DNA of 64,000 nucleotides from Alphaproteobacteria bacterium (lineage in GTDB: Bacteria > Pseudomonadota > Alphaproteobacteria > SMXP01). Below, piece after piece: positions 39,617-51,914 of this stretch (position 1 is its first letter; the number at the start of each line of letters is the position of its first letter). Below the pieces are notes generated by a model, which saw only the letters and a list, made by a program, of their open reading frames with translations, was not told the DNA's origin and did not search any database. The DNA is taken from contig OZ243948.1 in assembly GCA_965214255.1 (NCBI GenBank), forward strand, positions 452,916 through 516,915. The letters are read 5' to 3'. The position numbers and the translations under genes are program-made.

Positions 39617-41587
39617 ATGCTCTATCAAACAATCGTCTTTTTGCCTGCCATCGGAGCACTGCTCGCCGGCGTGTTCGGCCGCTTGCTGACTCATCGCGGC
39701 TCGGAAATCGTGACCTGCACGTTGATGGTCATCGCGGCGCTCTTGTCGTGCGTCGCTTTTTACCGCGTCACGGTCCTGGGCGTGATACCCGAGGATCCGG
39801 TTACCATATTCCGTTGGTTCGACGCAGGCGCCTTCGAGGCCGATTGGGCCTTGCGCGTCGACGCGTTGACCGTTGTCATGTTGGTCGTGGTCAACGGTGT
39901 GTCGTCTTTGGTGCACATCTATTCGATCGGTTACATGAGCGAAGACCCGCATCGCTCCCGATTCTTTTCCTATTTGTCGATGTTCACCTTCGCCATGTTG
40001 ATGCTGGTGACGGCGGACAACTTCATGCAGTTGTTCTTTGGCTGGGAAGGCGTCGGGTTGGCCTCTTATTTGTTGATCGGCTATTGGTACACTCGCCCGT
40101 CCGCCAATGCCGCCGCGATAAAAGCCTTCGTCGTCAACCGGGTCGGAGACCTCGGCTTCGCGCTCGGAATCATGGCCATTTTCCTGGTCTTCGGGTCCGT
40201 CGATTTCGACACCGTCTTTGAAATGGCGCCCGAAGTGGCCGGTCAAACGTTCAATTTCATCGGATTGGACGTCGATATTTTAACGACGATTTGCCTGTTG
40301 TTGTTCTGGGGGGCGATGGGCAAGTCGGCGCAGTTCCTGCTCCATACCTGGCTGCCCGACGCCATGGAAGGCCCGACGCCCGTCTCGGCCCTGATCCACG
40401 CCGCAACCATGGTGACGGCCGGCGTTTTTCTTGTCTGCAGATGTTCCTATCTTTTCGAATACGCGCCTTTTGCGCTGGCGGTCGTCACGGTCGTCGGAGC
40501 GGTAACGGCTTTCTTCGCGGCCACCGTTGCGCTCGTTCAAAATGACATCAAGCGCGTCGTGGCCTATTCCACATGCAGCCAACTCGGTTACATGTTTTTT
40601 GCCGCGGGTGTGGGCGCCTACCAGGCTGCCATGTTTCACCTGTTTACCCATGCTTTCTTCAAGGCGTTGTTGTTTTTGGGCTCGGGCTCGGTGATACACG
40701 CCCTGAACGGTGAACAGGACATGCGCAACATGGGCGGGACTTTCAGACATTTGCCTTGGACCATGACCGTCATGTTGTTGGCGACGATTTCGATTACCGG
40801 CCTGGGCCTTCCCCATACCGTCTTCGGTTTTTCCGGTTTCGTTTCGAAAGACGCCATTATCGAGGTTGCTTATGCGGTCGATACGCCTGTGGGTACATTT
40901 GCCTTTTGGATGGGACTGACGGCGGCGGCGATGACCGCCTTCTATTCCTGGAGACTTTTCTTCTCGATGTTTTTCGGCAAGGCGCGCGCGCCCGTCGAGG
41001 TCATGAACCGTGCTCATGAGTCGCCAACCGTCATGACGGCGCCGCTCGTTTTACTGGCGTTCGGTTCGGTCTTTGCCGGCATGTTCTTTTACGACGGGTT
41101 TATCGGTGACGGCCGGGAACTCTTCTGGAAGTCCGCCGTCTTGACGGCCGCCGAAACCACCGCCCTGGAACTCAAGGGTCAACTCCGTGAGACCTGGGTT
41201 TTCTATGCGCCGCTTATCGTCAGCATGGCGGGTCTGGGTTGGGCATGGTTGTGGTATGTGCGCCGGCCGGAACTGCCGGCGCGATTCGTCAAAGAAAACA
41301 ATCCGCTCTACCAATTCCTTCTCAACAAATGGTACTTCGACGCCCTTTACGATGTTTTGTTTGTAAAGTCGGCCAAGACTATCGGGCGGTTTCTATGGAA
41401 AGAGGGAGACGGCCGGCTGATTGACGGGTTCGGTCCTCACGGCGTCGCGAACACGGTTCTTCAGACGACCAGACGGGTGGTCAAACTCCAGACGGGTTAC
41501 ATCTACCATTACGCCTTTGCAATGCTCATCGGCATCGCGCTCATGGTGACGTTCTACTACGGACGCGCCGCGGGAGTGATTCAGTGA
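39617..41587 (+). CDS. nuoL: NADH-quinone oxidoreductase subunit L
   Basis: 656-aa ND5-type antiporter-like subunit. Confidence 0.93.
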   Translation: MLYQTIVFLPAIGALLAGVFGRLLTHRGSEIVTCTLMVIAALLSCVAFYRVTVLGVIPEDPVTIFRWFDAGAFEADWALRVDALTVVMLVVVNGVSSLVHIYSIGYMSEDPHRSRFFSYLSMFTFAMLMLVTADNFMQLFFGWEGVGLASYLLIGYWYTRPSANAAAIKAFVVNRVGDLGFALGIMAIFLVFGSVDFDTVFEMAPEVAGQTFNFIGLDVDILTTICLLLFWGAMGKSAQFLLHTWLPDAMEGPTPVSALIHAATMVTAGVFLVCRCSYLFEYAPFALAVVTVVGAVTAFFAATVALVQNDIKRVVAYSTCSQLGYMFFAAGVGAYQAAMFHLFTHAFFKALLFLGSGSVIHALNGEQDMRNMGGTFRHLPWTMTVMLLATISITGLGLPHTVFGFSGFVSKDAIIEVAYAVDTPVGTFAFWMGLTAAAMTAFYSWRLFFSMFFGKARAPVEVMNRAHESPTVMTAPLVLLAFGSVFAGMFFYDGFIGDGRELFWKSAVLTAAETTALELKGQLRETWVFYAPLIVSMAGLGWAWLWYVRRPELPARFVKENNPLYQFLLNKWYFDALYDVLFVKSAKTIGRFLWKEGDGRLIDGFGPHGVANTVLQTTRRVVKLQTGYIYHYAFAMLIGIALMVTFYYGRAAGVIQ

Positions 41588-43092
41588 GTGTAGACTGGCT
41601 CGGCATTATCACCTTTGTTCCCCTCGTCGGCGCGCTTTTCATTGCGACCATCAACGGCGAAAAAGAGATCGTGGATCGAAACGCCCGCTATGTCGCGCTA
41701 TGGACGACGACCGTCGTTTTTCTCATTTCGCTTTGGATACTCTTTTCGTTCGATCCCGCCGTACCTGCGTTTCAGTTCGAGGTCAGCCGTTCCTGGCTGG
41801 GCGGGAACATCAACTATCACATGGGCGTCGATGGAATTTCGATACTGTTCGTTATCCTCACGACGTCCTTGATGCCTCTCTGCATTTTAGCGAGTTGGGA
41901 CTCGATTCGAACGAACGTCAAGGAATACATGATCGCGTTTCTTGTTCTGGAAACGCTCATGATCGGCGTCTTTTGCGCGCTTGACCTCGTTCTGTTTTAT
42001 CTCTTCTTCGAAGGCGGGTTGATCCCGATGTTTATCATCATAGGGGTCTGGGGCGGCGACAACCGGGTCTACGCTTCGTTCAAGTTCTTTTTGTACACGC
42101 TGCTCGGTTCGGTGCTGATGCTGGTTGCCCTGATCAGCATGTACGTGGTTTCCGGCACTACCGACATTCCCACGCTCATGGACCACCACTTCGCGCCGGA
42201 GTTTCAGACCTGGCTGTGGCTTGCCTTCTTCGCCTCGTTTGCGGTCAAGCTGCCCATGTGGCCCGTTCACACATGGTTGCCGGATGCTCACGTCGAAGCC
42301 CCGACGGCGGGTTCCGTAGTCCTTGCGGCCATCCTGTTGAAAATGGGGGGATACGGTTTTTTGCGCTTCTCGCTGCCGATGTTTCCGATTGCGTCCGATG
42401 TCTTTGCGCCATTCGTCTTTGCACTGAGTGTGATCGCGATCATATACACGTCGCTTGTCGCGTTGGTTCAGGAAGACATTAAAAAATTGATTGCCTATTC
42501 TTCCGTCGCTCACATGGGGTTTGTCACGCTGGGCGTGTTCGCCGGCAATATCCAGGGCGTTCAAGGGGGCATATTTCAAATGCTCAGCCACGGTGTGATT
42601 TCGAGCGCGCTTTTTTTGTGCGTCGGCGTGATTTACGACCGCATGCACACGCGTAAAATCATGGCCTACGGCGGATTGGTTCACCGCATGCCGATCTATG
42701 CGGCGGTCTTCATGTTGTTCACCTTGGGTAACGTAGGGTTGCCGGGTACAAGCGGCTTTGTCGGAGAAATCATGTCGCTGGTCGGCGTCTATCAGGTCAA
42801 TACGTGGGCGGCCTTTCTGGCGACAACCGGAATCATACTCAGCGCGGGGTACGCGCTTTGGCTCTATCGGAGAGTGATCTTCGGCCCCTTGGAAAAAGAG
42901 AAACTCAGAGCCATTGCCGATCTTGCTCCCCGTGAGATCGCCGTCTTGGCGCCGTTGGTCATTGCCATGCTTTTTCTCGGATTTTATCCCGTGTCCGTCT
43001 TTGACGTAACAAACGCGTCGGTCGAAAATCTGGTCTTTGATTATGTGCAGGCCTTGGAGGCGCACCAAACCGTCGAAGTCACCTCGAACTAG
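41584..43092 (+). CDS. nuoM: NADH-quinone oxidoreductase subunit M
   Basis: 502-aa ND4-type antiporter-like subunit. Confidence 0.93.
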   Translation: MSVDWLGIITFVPLVGALFIATINGEKEIVDRNARYVALWTTTVVFLISLWILFSFDPAVPAFQFEVSRSWLGGNINYHMGVDGISILFVILTTSLMPLCILASWDSIRTNVKEYMIAFLVLETLMIGVFCALDLVLFYLFFEGGLIPMFIIIGVWGGDNRVYASFKFFLYTLLGSVLMLVALISMYVVSGTTDIPTLMDHHFAPEFQTWLWLAFFASFAVKLPMWPVHTWLPDAHVEAPTAGSVVLAAILLKMGGYGFLRFSLPMFPIASDVFAPFVFALSVIAIIYTSLVALVQEDIKKLIAYSSVAHMGFVTLGVFAGNIQGVQGGIFQMLSHGVISSALFLCVGVIYDRMHTRKIMAYGGLVHRMPIYAAVFMLFTLGNVGLPGTSGFVGEIMSLVGVYQVNTWAAFLATTGIILSAGYALWLYRRVIFGPLEKEKLRAIADLAPREIAVLAPLVIAMLFLGFYPVSVFDVTNASVENLVFDYVQALEAHQTVEVTSN

Positions 43093-43109
43093 GATAACCG
43101 TGGGACAGC

Positions 43110-44588
43110 ATGCAGAACGTTGCCGTATCGACTCAGGACGTGTTTTGGACGAGTTTGGCGCTCGCCGCCCCCGAGTGCATCTTGGCGGTCGGGGCGATAG
43201 CGCTTTTACTGATCGGCGTTTTCGGGGACGACGGACGGACGAGATGGATATTGTGGGCCTCGATTATCGTTCTCGCAATCGCCGCCGTTTTTGTCATTTT
43301 TCCCGAGCCCGTTCGCACTTTGGGTTTCGGCGGCAGTTTCGTTTTTGATCCGTACGGCCGCTTTGTAAAGATTCTCATCTATATCGCGTCCGCAACTTCC
43401 CTTGTCATGTCTCAGGATTTCTTGCGAGACGAAAAGATCGAGCGGTTCGAATATCCCGTTCTCGTTCTATTGGCGACCTTGGGCATGAGCATGATGGTCT
43501 CGGCCAACGACCTTATCGCGCTTTATATGGGGATTGAATTGCAGAGTCTGGCGCTCTATGTCCTGGCCTCGTTCAATCGCGACAGCTTGAGATCAACGGA
43601 GGCGGGGCTCAAATATTTTGTCTTGGGCGCGCTGTCTTCCGGTCTGCTTCTTTACGGTTGTTCGCTGATTTACGGATTTACCGGCACCGTTGACTTCGAG
43701 ACTCTAAGAACCGTGCTGGACGCCGGGGAACTTGACGTTGGCGTCAGCTTCGGTTTGGTGTTTTTATGCGCGGGCTTGGCATTCAAGGTCTCGGCCGTGC
43801 CGTTTCACATGTGGACGCCCGACGTTTACGAAGGGGCGCCGACGCCTGTTGTGGCATTGCTTTCGGCAGCGCCAAAGGCGGCGGCGCTCGCTCTTTTCGT
43901 TCGTGTTCTTGTGTGGCCGTTCGCGAGCGATGAAGCCGCCGCGTCGCCTCAATGGCAGGAAATCATTATCGTAATTTCCGCGTTGAGTATGCTTGTCGGC
44001 GCATTTGCCGCGATCGGACAGCGCAACATCAAACGGCTCATGGCCTATTCGTCGATCGGCCATATGGGATACGCCCTTGTGGGGCTGGCGGCCGGCTCGG
44101 AAGAAGGCGTCCGCGGCGTCCTCATTTATCTTACGATCTATCTTCCCATGACGCTCGGCGTATTTGCCTGTATTTTGGCGATGAGGCGCAAAGAGGGCAT
44201 GGTCGAAGATATCGGGGCGTTGGCGGGCCTGCGCCATAATCAACCCGCGATGGCCCTGGCGCTTCTCGTGTTGATGTTTTCTCTCGCCGGCATTCCCCCG
44301 TTGGCGGGTTTTTTCGCAAAGTTCTACGTGCTCGTAGCTGCCGTGAATTCAGGTCTTTACGCCCTTGCCATCATTGGTGTTTTGGCGAGTGTCGTCGCGG
44401 CCTATTACTATGTACGGATTGTCAAAATCATGTACTTTGACGAACCGGCCGTTCCTTTCGTTCGGCCCGTATCAGGCGGGTTGAATACCGTCGTCGTCGT
44501 TTCCACGGTCTTTACCGTATTCTATGCTTTCTTTGCTTTTTGGCTGCTTGACATTACAAACGCCGTTGCCTCTTTCCTCTTTACATAA
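43110..44588 (+). CDS. nuoN: NADH-quinone oxidoreductase subunit N
   Basis: 492-aa ND2-type antiporter-like subunit; last gene of the nuo operon. Confidence 0.92.
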   Translation: MQNVAVSTQDVFWTSLALAAPECILAVGAIALLLIGVFGDDGRTRWILWASIIVLAIAAVFVIFPEPVRTLGFGGSFVFDPYGRFVKILIYIASATSLVMSQDFLRDEKIERFEYPVLVLLATLGMSMMVSANDLIALYMGIELQSLALYVLASFNRDSLRSTEAGLKYFVLGALSSGLLLYGCSLIYGFTGTVDFETLRTVLDAGELDVGVSFGLVFLCAGLAFKVSAVPFHMWTPDVYEGAPTPVVALLSAAPKAAALALFVRVLVWPFASDEAAASPQWQEIIIVISALSMLVGAFAAIGQRNIKRLMAYSSIGHMGYALVGLAAGSEEGVRGVLIYLTIYLPMTLGVFACILAMRRKEGMVEDIGALAGLRHNQPAMALALLVLMFSLAGIPPLAGFFAKFYVLVAAVNSGLYALAIIGVLASVVAAYYYVRIVKIMYFDEPAVPFVRPVSGGLNTVVVVSTVFTVFYAFFAFWLLDITNAVASFLFT

Positions 44589-45354
44589 AGATTCAGGCGC
44601 GGCCTCCAATTTGGCTGTTCCGGACGGCTATGACCTTCGGTGCTTCGAGGAGATCGACAGCACGAATGAAGAAGCCCTGCGGCTCGCGCGGGGAGGCTTG
44701 ACCCGGCCTACCTGGATTTGGGCGGAGCGTCAGACGGCCGGCCGGGGTCGGCGAGGGCGCGTTTGGGTATCGCAGACGGAAAATCTCTTTTGCACGCTTG
44801 CGCTGCCTGTCGACCGCCCGCCGGCCGTCGCAGCCCAGCTCTCGTTCCTCTCAGCGCTTGCCGTCCGACGGCTTATCGAAACTCATTCAAGCGCCTCCAC
44901 CGTTAAAATGAAGTGGCCCAATGACGTCCTCCTCGAAGGAAAAAAGGTTTCGGGTATTCTTCTCGAATCGGTCACGGGAGGCTCCGATCGACCGTCCCTC
45001 GTTGCCGTGGGCGTCGGCGTTAATTTGATGTCCTGCCCGAGCGGGACCGATTTTCCCGCGACCGCGCTCGCCTCCGTTTGCGACCCGCCGTCGCCGCGCC
45101 GCGCCATGGAAGAGTTGATGCGTCATTTCGATGATTGGTTGGGCATATGGATGACGCGCGGATTTGAACCCATCCGGTACGCCTGGCTTTCGGCGGCCCA
45201 AGGTTTGGGCCGGGAGATAGAGGTGCGGTTACCCGGCAGGACGCTGACCGGTATATTTGATACGATCAGCGAGACAGGCGAACTTGTGCTTATCGATTCC
45301 GACGGTGAAAAGACCGAAATCGCGGCCGGCGACGTCTTCTTTGGAAATGAATGA
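44524..45354 (+). CDS. birA: Biotin--[acetyl-CoA-carboxylase] ligase (group I BirA, no N-terminal HTH domain)
   Basis: …WAERQTAGRGRRGRVWVS… BPL signature GRGRRG; start uncertain because the ORF overlaps the nuoN 3' end; a TTG at 44611 (…AVPDGYDLRCF…) is a plausible true start. Confidence 0.85.
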   Translation: MLSLLFGCLTLQTPLPLSSLHKDSGAASNLAVPDGYDLRCFEEIDSTNEEALRLARGGLTRPTWIWAERQTAGRGRRGRVWVSQTENLFCTLALPVDRPPAVAAQLSFLSALAVRRLIETHSSASTVKMKWPNDVLLEGKKVSGILLESVTGGSDRPSLVAVGVGVNLMSCPSGTDFPATALASVCDPPSPRRAMEELMRHFDDWLGIWMTRGFEPIRYAWLSAAQGLGREIEVRLPGRTLTGIFDTISETGELVLIDSDGEKTEIAAGDVFFGNE

Positions 45355-45370
45355 GAGGGGTGAACCGGAC

Positions 45371-46150
45371 ATGTTGCTGGTTATCGATGCGGGCAATACC
45401 GATACGCTCTTCGCCGTTTTCGACGGCGACCGGCTTCGAGGCAAATGGCGGCTCGCAACGGACGACAGGCGCACCGCCGATGAATACATCGCCGCACTCA
45501 ATCAACTCGTGTTTCTTGGCGGAATCGACCACAAGTCGATTGACGTCGTTGTGGTTGCCAGCGTGGTTCCCCAAGCGCTGAAGCATGTGTCGGAATTTTG
45601 CCAAAAATGGGTCCGCTGCGCGCCCCTGGTCGTCGGGTCGCCTGAACTCTCCCTCAATCTTGAGATTCGCGTGGATGATCCGGCCGCCGTCGGAGCGGAC
45701 CGCCTGGTCAATGCCATAGGCGCTCATGTCAAATATGACGGGGCCTTGATCGTTATCGATTTCGGGACGGCGACCACATTGGACGTCGTTGCCGAAGACG
45801 GCGCTTATGAGGGAGGCGTCATCGCGCCGGGCATCAATTTGTCCGCTCAGGCGCTCTACATGGCGGCCGCTCAGTTGCCGATGATCTCCATCGAGCCGCC
45901 GCAGGCCGTTGTCGGTAAAGATACCGTGGAGGCCATGAAGTCCGGACTATATTGGGGTTACGTGAGTTTGATCGAGGGCCTCGTGGCGCGCATCAAGTCG
46001 GAAATCGACAAACCATGCACGGTCATAGCGACAGGCGGCGTCGCCGGACTGTTCAGGAACGCCTCCCCGGTCATCGATCACATTGAAACGGATTTGACGA
46101 TCTTCGGACTATTGGAGATCTACAAGCGACACAAAACCGCCGATACATGA
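45371..46150 (+). CDS. coaX: Type III pantothenate kinase
   Basis: MLLVIDAGNTDTLFAVFDGD… ASKHA-fold N-terminus; …GTATTLD…; 259 aa. Confidence 0.9.
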   Translation: MLLVIDAGNTDTLFAVFDGDRLRGKWRLATDDRRTADEYIAALNQLVFLGGIDHKSIDVVVVASVVPQALKHVSEFCQKWVRCAPLVVGSPELSLNLEIRVDDPAAVGADRLVNAIGAHVKYDGALIVIDFGTATTLDVVAEDGAYEGGVIAPGINLSAQALYMAAAQLPMISIEPPQAVVGKDTVEAMKSGLYWGYVSLIEGLVARIKSEIDKPCTVIATGGVAGLFRNASPVIDHIETDLTIFGLLEIYKRHKTADT

Positions 46151-46169
46151 ATCGCCCGTCAGCCTGATC

Positions 46170-47858
46170 ATGCCTAAATCCCCATTTCCCAAAAAGGGTG
46201 AAGAACTCGTCTTTCTGCCGTTGGGCGGCGCGGGGGAAATCGGCATGAACCTCAATCTTTACGGTTATGGTCCGAAAGGTCGCTACAAGTGGCTTATGGT
46301 CGATTTGGGGGTCATGTTCGGCAATGAAAAAACACCGGGCATCGAGCTTATCATGGCGGACCCTCAATACATTCTTCCGTTCAAGGATCAACTTCTCGGT
46401 TTAGTCTTGACTCACGGCCACGAGGATCACATTGGAGCCGTGGCGCACCTTTGGCCGATGCTGGGGTGTCCCATATATGCGACGCCTTTCACGGCTTCTC
46501 TTGTGCGCTACAAACTCGAGGAGGCCGGCCTGGTCGATGACGCGGAAATTATCGTCGTGCCGTTGGGCGGGAGGCGCCGACTCGGACCGTTCGACATTGA
46601 ACTGATAACGCTCACTCATTCGATACCGGAACCCAATGCGCTCGCTATTCGCACGCCTTTGGGTTGTGTATTGCACACGGGCGATTGGAAAATCGATCCG
46701 GGTCCGTTGGTCGGTGACGTCGTTGACGAGGACTGTTTGCGTGATCTCGGCCAAAGCGGCGTCGCGGCCATGGTGTGCGATTCGACCAATGTATTCGTCC
46801 CCGGCACGGCAGGGTCGGAAGCGGACGTGCGCCGAAGTCTTTTGGAACTGGTGGGCGGTCTCGAACGGCGTGTTGTGGTCACGTGTTTTGCCTCGAACAT
46901 AGCCCGCCTCGACACCGTCGCACATGTTGCCAAGGCGCATGGTCGTCATTTGTGCGTCGTGGGGCGTTCCATCCATCGCATGGTCGAGGCCGCGCGTTCC
47001 GCCGCCATGCTTCGGGGTTTTCCGTCTCCGGTCACGGAAGAGGACGCCGGACGCCTTCCTCCCGACAAGGTATTGTACCTGTGTACGGGAAGCCAGGGAG
47101 AACCGCGCGCGGCTCTACGACGCATTGTGGACGGAGAACACTCGCATATCGTATTGGAAAAGGGCGATGCGGTCATATTTTCGTCGCGAGTCATTCCGGG
47201 AAACGAGGTCTCGATTTCCGAGATGCAGAATAAACTGGCGGAGAAGGGGGTTCGGATCGTTACGGAACGGGATCACTTTGTTCACGTGTCCGGTCATCCC
47301 TGCCGCGACGAACTGGCGATGATGTATCAATGGGTGCGTCCGAAGTTGGCGATACCCGTCCACGGCGAAGCACGGCATCTCTTCGAGCACGCGGAATTGG
47401 CGCGACAGCTTCAGGTCCCCAAGGCGATCGTACCGAAAAACGGAACCATGATCCGCATCGCGCCGGGGGAAAGCCGTGTCTTGAGGCAGGTCGCCAACGG
47501 GCGGCTCTATTTGGACGGCCACGTCATCGTGAACCGGGATAAAAGTCATGTGAAGGAAAGACGCAAGATGTCCTATTCGGGTTATGTGGGCATAGCCTTG
47601 GCAATCGATCGCGAGAACGGAGTGATCGCGGCTCCCGAGATCAGACTGCAAGGACTGTCCGGCGCCCAAAAGGGCAGCGGAGAAGATCTATGTGACGATA
47701 TCGGACAAACCGTGCTCGATAGTTTTGGCAGGATTCCCAAGAGAAAGCTAAACCAGAACATGGCCATCGAGCAGACCATTCGGCGTGCAACACGACGATT
47801 CTTGACCCGTCGCCTGGGGAAAAAACCCGTGATCGACGTTTCCGTCATCAGGGTCTGA
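46170..47858 (+). CDS. rnj: Ribonuclease J (metallo-β-lactamase/β-CASP family)
   Basis: LTHGHEDHIGA zinc motif; β-CASP region; 562 aa. Confidence 0.9.
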   Translation: MPKSPFPKKGEELVFLPLGGAGEIGMNLNLYGYGPKGRYKWLMVDLGVMFGNEKTPGIELIMADPQYILPFKDQLLGLVLTHGHEDHIGAVAHLWPMLGCPIYATPFTASLVRYKLEEAGLVDDAEIIVVPLGGRRRLGPFDIELITLTHSIPEPNALAIRTPLGCVLHTGDWKIDPGPLVGDVVDEDCLRDLGQSGVAAMVCDSTNVFVPGTAGSEADVRRSLLELVGGLERRVVVTCFASNIARLDTVAHVAKAHGRHLCVVGRSIHRMVEAARSAAMLRGFPSPVTEEDAGRLPPDKVLYLCTGSQGEPRAALRRIVDGEHSHIVLEKGDAVIFSSRVIPGNEVSISEMQNKLAEKGVRIVTERDHFVHVSGHPCRDELAMMYQWVRPKLAIPVHGEARHLFEHAELARQLQVPKAIVPKNGTMIRIAPGESRVLRQVANGRLYLDGHVIVNRDKSHVKERRKMSYSGYVGIALAIDRENGVIAAPEIRLQGLSGAQKGSGEDLCDDIGQTVLDSFGRIPKRKLNQNMAIEQTIRRATRRFLTRRLGKKPVIDVSVIRV

Positions 47859-47929
47859 ATCGTTTGAATGAAAAATCCCGGAAAATGTTGAAAGGTCCAA
47901 TTCATTTCACGATTTGATTCGGAGAACTC

Positions 47930-48349
47930 ATGATCGGCAAGTTGAACCATGTGGCGATTGCAGTGCCTGACGTACAGGCCGCCGCCCGGATATACCGCGA
48001 TGTCCTCGGCGCGCAGGTGTCCCAAGCCGTGCCCCAGCCCGAGCACGGCGTCACGACGGTTTTTGTCGAATTGCCGAACGCCAAACTGGAACTCATCGAA
48101 CCGCTGGGAGACGACTCGCCCATCGCCAATTTTCTTCGTAAGAATACGGTCGGCGGTATTCACCATATTTGTCTCGAAGTCGAAGACATCGACGGGGCCT
48201 GCAGGTCGTTGGAAAAGAAAGGTGTAAGGATCATCGGCGACGGCAAACCGAGAACCGGCGCCCACGGCAAACCCGTCATCTTTTTGCATCCGAAAGATCT
48301 TTGCGGCACGTTGATCGAACTTGAGGAGGTCGGACCGGCGCGGCCCTGA
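47930..48349 (+). CDS. mce: Methylmalonyl-CoA epimerase (VOC family)
   Basis: MIGKLNHVAIAVPDVQAAARIYRDVLGA…GGIHHICLEV…GAHGKPVIFLHPKD matches MCEE throughout. Confidence 0.88.
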   Translation: MIGKLNHVAIAVPDVQAAARIYRDVLGAQVSQAVPQPEHGVTTVFVELPNAKLELIEPLGDDSPIANFLRKNTVGGIHHICLEVEDIDGACRSLEKKGVRIIGDGKPRTGAHGKPVIFLHPKDLCGTLIELEEVGPARP

Positions 48350-48479
48350 AGCGCCGGCGGTTTTGCTTTGGGATGTAAATCCGCCGATATGTTCGTCGCT
48401 TTCGTCTCGATGACCTTCATCCGGATGCGGTATCGCCCGCTCACCGGCGTAGTTTTGTTTACGGATAGGAACCAGGAAA

Positions 48480-49814
48480 ATGAGACTGTCGCGGTTCTTC
48501 TTGCCGACTCTTAGGGAAACGCCCGCGGAAGCTCAGATCGTTTCTCATCGCCTGATGCTGCGTGCGGCCATGATTCGTCAGTCTTCCGCCGGTATCTATT
48601 CCTGGCTGCCGCTGGGCCTGCGCGTTTTGCAAAAGATCGAAGATATCGTCAGAGAGGAACAAAACCGTGCGGGCGCCGTAGAGTTGCTCATGCCCACCAT
48701 ACAGTCGGCGGACCTGTGGAAGGAGAGCGGCCGTTATGACGACTACGGACAGGAAATGCTGCGTATCAATGACCGGCATGATCGAGAGCTTTTGTACGGT
48801 CCGACGAACGAGGAACTGATTACGGATATTTTCCGTTCGACAATTCGCTCCTACAGGGATCTGCCGATAAACCTCTACCATATTCAATGGAAATTCCGTG
48901 ACGAGATCAGGCCCCGATTCGGCGTCATGCGCGGCCGCGAATTTCTGATGAAAGATTCCTATTCATTCGATCTGAGTTTCGAAGCGGCGAGACATTCCTA
49001 CAACCAGATGTTCATCGCGTATTTGCGAACATTCGAACGTATGGGTTTGAAGGCCGTGCCGATGACGGCGGATCCGGGTCCCATAGGCGGCGACATGAGT
49101 CACGAATTCGTGATTCTTGCGGAAACGGGCGAGAGCGAATTTTTCTGTCACAAGGATCTCATGGAGATCGAGGCTCCGGGCGAAAACATCGACTACCGGA
49201 CCGATTTATCGTCTCTGATCGAGGAGCGGACGCGTCTTTATGCGGCGACGGACGAAAAACACGACGCCGGGAAATTCGAAGCCGAGGTTCCCGAGGATAA
49301 GCGGCTGAGCGCGCGCGGCATCGAGGTCGGACACATCTTTTATTTCGGAAAGAAGTATTCGGAGCCCATGGGCGCCGTGGTCGCGGGTCCGGACGGAGAA
49401 CGGACCGCCGTCGAAATGGGCTCCTATGGCATCGGCGTCTCGCGTCTCGCAGGCGCGATCATCGAAGCGAGTCACGATAATGCCGGCATAATTTGGCCTG
49501 TTTCCGTCGCGCCGTTTCACGTCGGACTCATCAATTTGAAAGCGGGGGAGGGCGCAACGGACCGGGCGTGTGAAGACATGTATACGCGATTGTCCAATGC
49601 GAATCTTGACGTGCTCTATGACGACACCGACGCACGGGTAGGGTCGAAATTCAGCAATATGGATTTGATCGGTCTGCCCTGGCAGATCATTGTCGGCCCG
49701 AAGGGGCTTAAAAACGGCGTTGTAGAGGTCAAGAACCGCAAGACCGGTCAACGCCATGAACTGTCCTCCGAGGCCGCCGTGACCAAGCTCGTATCCGAAG
49801 GGCCGGCGTCTTGA
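48480..49814 (+). CDS. proS: Proline--tRNA ligase (short alphaproteobacterial form lacking the editing insertion)
   Basis: Class II aaRS motifs; …[25 protein letters not shown]…; C-terminal anticodon-binding domain. Confidence 0.93.
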   Translation: MRLSRFFLPTLRETPAEAQIVSHRLMLRAAMIRQSSAGIYSWLPLGLRVLQKIEDIVREEQNRAGAVELLMPTIQSADLWKESGRYDDYGQEMLRINDRHDRELLYGPTNEELITDIFRSTIRSYRDLPINLYHIQWKFRDEIRPRFGVMRGREFLMKDSYSFDLSFEAARHSYNQMFIAYLRTFERMGLKAVPMTADPGPIGGDMSHEFVILAETGESEFFCHKDLMEIEAPGENIDYRTDLSSLIEERTRLYAATDEKHDAGKFEAEVPEDKRLSARGIEVGHIFYFGKKYSEPMGAVVAGPDGERTAVEMGSYGIGVSRLAGAIIEASHDNAGIIWPVSVAPFHVGLINLKAGEGATDRACEDMYTRLSNANLDVLYDDTDARVGSKFSNMDLIGLPWQIIVGPKGLKNGVVEVKNRKTGQRHELSSEAAVTKLVSEGPAS

Positions 49815-51067
49815 CCTTTCCGTTCGCACGGTTTGAGTGGATGTTGGCGGGACGCTATTTGCGGGCCCGCAGGCGCGAGAGTTTCATTTCCGTTGCGTCC
49901 GGGTTCTCTTTGGTGGGCATCGCGCTCGGCGTGGCGACGCTGATTGTCGTTATGGCCGTCATGAACGGCTTTCGCATCGAGTTGATGGACCGGGTGTTGG
50001 GGGTCAACGGTCACATCATGATCTACGGCGCCACGGACGGCCGCCTGTATGACTTCGATCGGACTGCGGATCTTGTCGAGTCCTTGGAGGGCGTCGAGCG
50101 CGTCGCGCCTATCGTTCAGGGTCAGGTCATGGCCTCGGCGAACGATCTCTCTTCCGGCGCTCTCGTGCGCGGGGTGAGAGAGGCGGACCTGAAAGCGTTC
50201 AAGGTCGTTTCCGACAAAATTTTATCGGGCACGCTGGACGGTTTCGACGGAGCGGGCGGGATCGCGGTCGGAAGTCGTCTGGCGCAAAGCATGGGAGTCG
50301 GTGTGGACGGGCAAATCACTCTCATATCGCCGCGCGGGGCGGTCACGCCGTTCGGGATGACGCCTCGGATCAAGTCCTATCCGGTCGTCGCGGTCTTTGA
50401 AATCGGCATGTCTGAATATGATGCAAGTTTCGTGTTCATGCCCTTCGACGAAGCGCAGCTTTATTTCAACGTGGAAAATGCCGCGACGGCATTGGAAATC
50501 ATGGTCGATGATCCGGACAACGTGGACTCCCTGCGCGCCCTCATGCAAGCGGAACTGGACCAACCGGCCCGAATATTCGATTGGAAACAAACGAATTCCA
50601 CTTTCGTGAGCGCCCTCGAAGTGGAAAAGAACGTCATGTTTCTGATCTTGACGTTGATCATTTTGGTGGCCTCGCTGAACATTATTTCCGGTCTGATCAT
50701 GCTCGTGAAAGACAAGGGACAGGATATCGCCGTTTTGAGGAGCATGGGGGCGACCAGGGGCGCCGTCATGAGGGTCTTCTTCATTGCGGGGTCCGCCATA
50801 GGCGTCGTGGGAACGTTTGCCGGTTTGACGATCGGGGTCGTGTTCTGCGCCAATATCGAGACATTGCGCCAATGGCTGTCGTCGTTGACGGGAACGGAGC
50901 TTTTTTCACCGGAAATCTATTTTTTGGCGACCATGCCTGCCGAGATAGTGGCGAGCGAGGTGGCGGCCATCGTCTTTATGGCGCTCGGTTTGTCTTTTAT
51001 GGCGACGCTTTATCCGTCTTGGCGCGCGGCGCGCCTGGATCCGGTCGAAGCGCTTAGATATGAATAG
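49811..51067 (+). CDS. lolE: Lipoprotein-releasing system transmembrane permease (LolC/E family)
   Basis: …[47 protein letters not shown]… plus FtsX-like C-terminal TM bundle; TTG start overlapping the proS stop. Confidence 0.88.
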   Translation: MTFPFARFEWMLAGRYLRARRRESFISVASGFSLVGIALGVATLIVVMAVMNGFRIELMDRVLGVNGHIMIYGATDGRLYDFDRTADLVESLEGVERVAPIVQGQVMASANDLSSGALVRGVREADLKAFKVVSDKILSGTLDGFDGAGGIAVGSRLAQSMGVGVDGQITLISPRGAVTPFGMTPRIKSYPVVAVFEIGMSEYDASFVFMPFDEAQLYFNVENAATALEIMVDDPDNVDSLRALMQAELDQPARIFDWKQTNSTFVSALEVEKNVMFLILTLIILVASLNIISGLIMLVKDKGQDIAVLRSMGATRGAVMRVFFIAGSAIGVVGTFAGLTIGVVFCANIETLRQWLSSLTGTELFSPEIYFLATMPAEIVASEVAAIVFMALGLSFMATLYPSWRAARLDPVEALRYE

Positions 51068-51078
51068 AGTGTAAGCGG

Positions 51079-51768
51079 ATGGCGAGGGGGGAAACGCCCG
51101 TATTGGAATTGCGCAACGTCGTGCGATCGTACCCGCAAGGCCGGACACGGCTCGAGGTGTTGAGGGGCGCCAACCTTGCGGTTTTGAAAGGCGAGGCGGT
51201 GGGTTTGCTGGGGCCCTCGGGGTCCGGAAAGTCCACTTTGCTGCATATCGCGGGGTTGCTTGAACGCCCTGACGGCGGCCGGGTACTGTTGCGCGGCAAG
51301 GATTGCGCGTCGCTGAGCGACGGCCAGCGCACGAGGATCCGCCGGGAAGATCTGGGCTTCGTCTATCAGTTCCATCACTTGCTGCCCGAATTCTCCGCCT
51401 TGGAAAATGTCACCCTGCCCCGACTCATCGGCGGACACGACCGCCGCCGCTCGCAAAGGGAAGCCGAGCGTTTGTTGTCGGACCTGGGCCTTTCGGGGCG
51501 CCTGGCCCATCGACCCATGGAGCTTTCAGGGGGCGAGCAGCAACGCGTCGCCATCGCGCGCGCTTTGGCAAACGGGCCCGGCATTCTTTTGGCCGACGAA
51601 CCTACGGGGAACCTCGATCCGACCACCGCGGACTCCGTTTTCGACAGCCTGCTTCACCTTGCCCACGATCAAGGACTGGCGGCGGTCGTCGCCACCCACA
51701 ATATCAATCTCGCCGATCGTTTCGACCGCCTTGTCCATCTTGAAAACGGTGAAATCGTAGAGGCTTAG
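51079..51768 (+). CDS. lolD: Lipoprotein-releasing system ATP-binding protein
   Basis: Walker [10 protein letters not shown]; ABC signature [15 protein letters not shown]; Walker [12 protein letters not shown]. Confidence 0.92.
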   Translation: MARGETPVLELRNVVRSYPQGRTRLEVLRGANLAVLKGEAVGLLGPSGSGKSTLLHIAGLLERPDGGRVLLRGKDCASLSDGQRTRIRREDLGFVYQFHHLLPEFSALENVTLPRLIGGHDRRRSQREAERLLSDLGLSGRLAHRPMELSGGEQQRVAIARALANGPGILLADEPTGNLDPTTADSVFDSLLHLAHDQGLAAVVATHNINLADRFDRLVHLENGEIVEA

Positions 51769-51914
51769 AAGCTTTACTTGATGTTTATTCAGAACTGAAG
51801 TGCAGCCCTGAAGGCAAGGGTTTTGTCAGGAGTCCGCCGCGTGGGAGAGCGCGGGGCGGGCGCCCATGCGGGCGGCGGCCCGTCCGTTCATGACCGCGTC
51901 TTTTCGGTCCCGGT

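Noticed and set aside
33394-43068. Long antisense ORFs inside nuoF (433 aa), nuoJ (216 aa) and nuoM (393 aa)
   Set aside because: They are embedded in unmistakable nuo genes and have low-complexity compositions.
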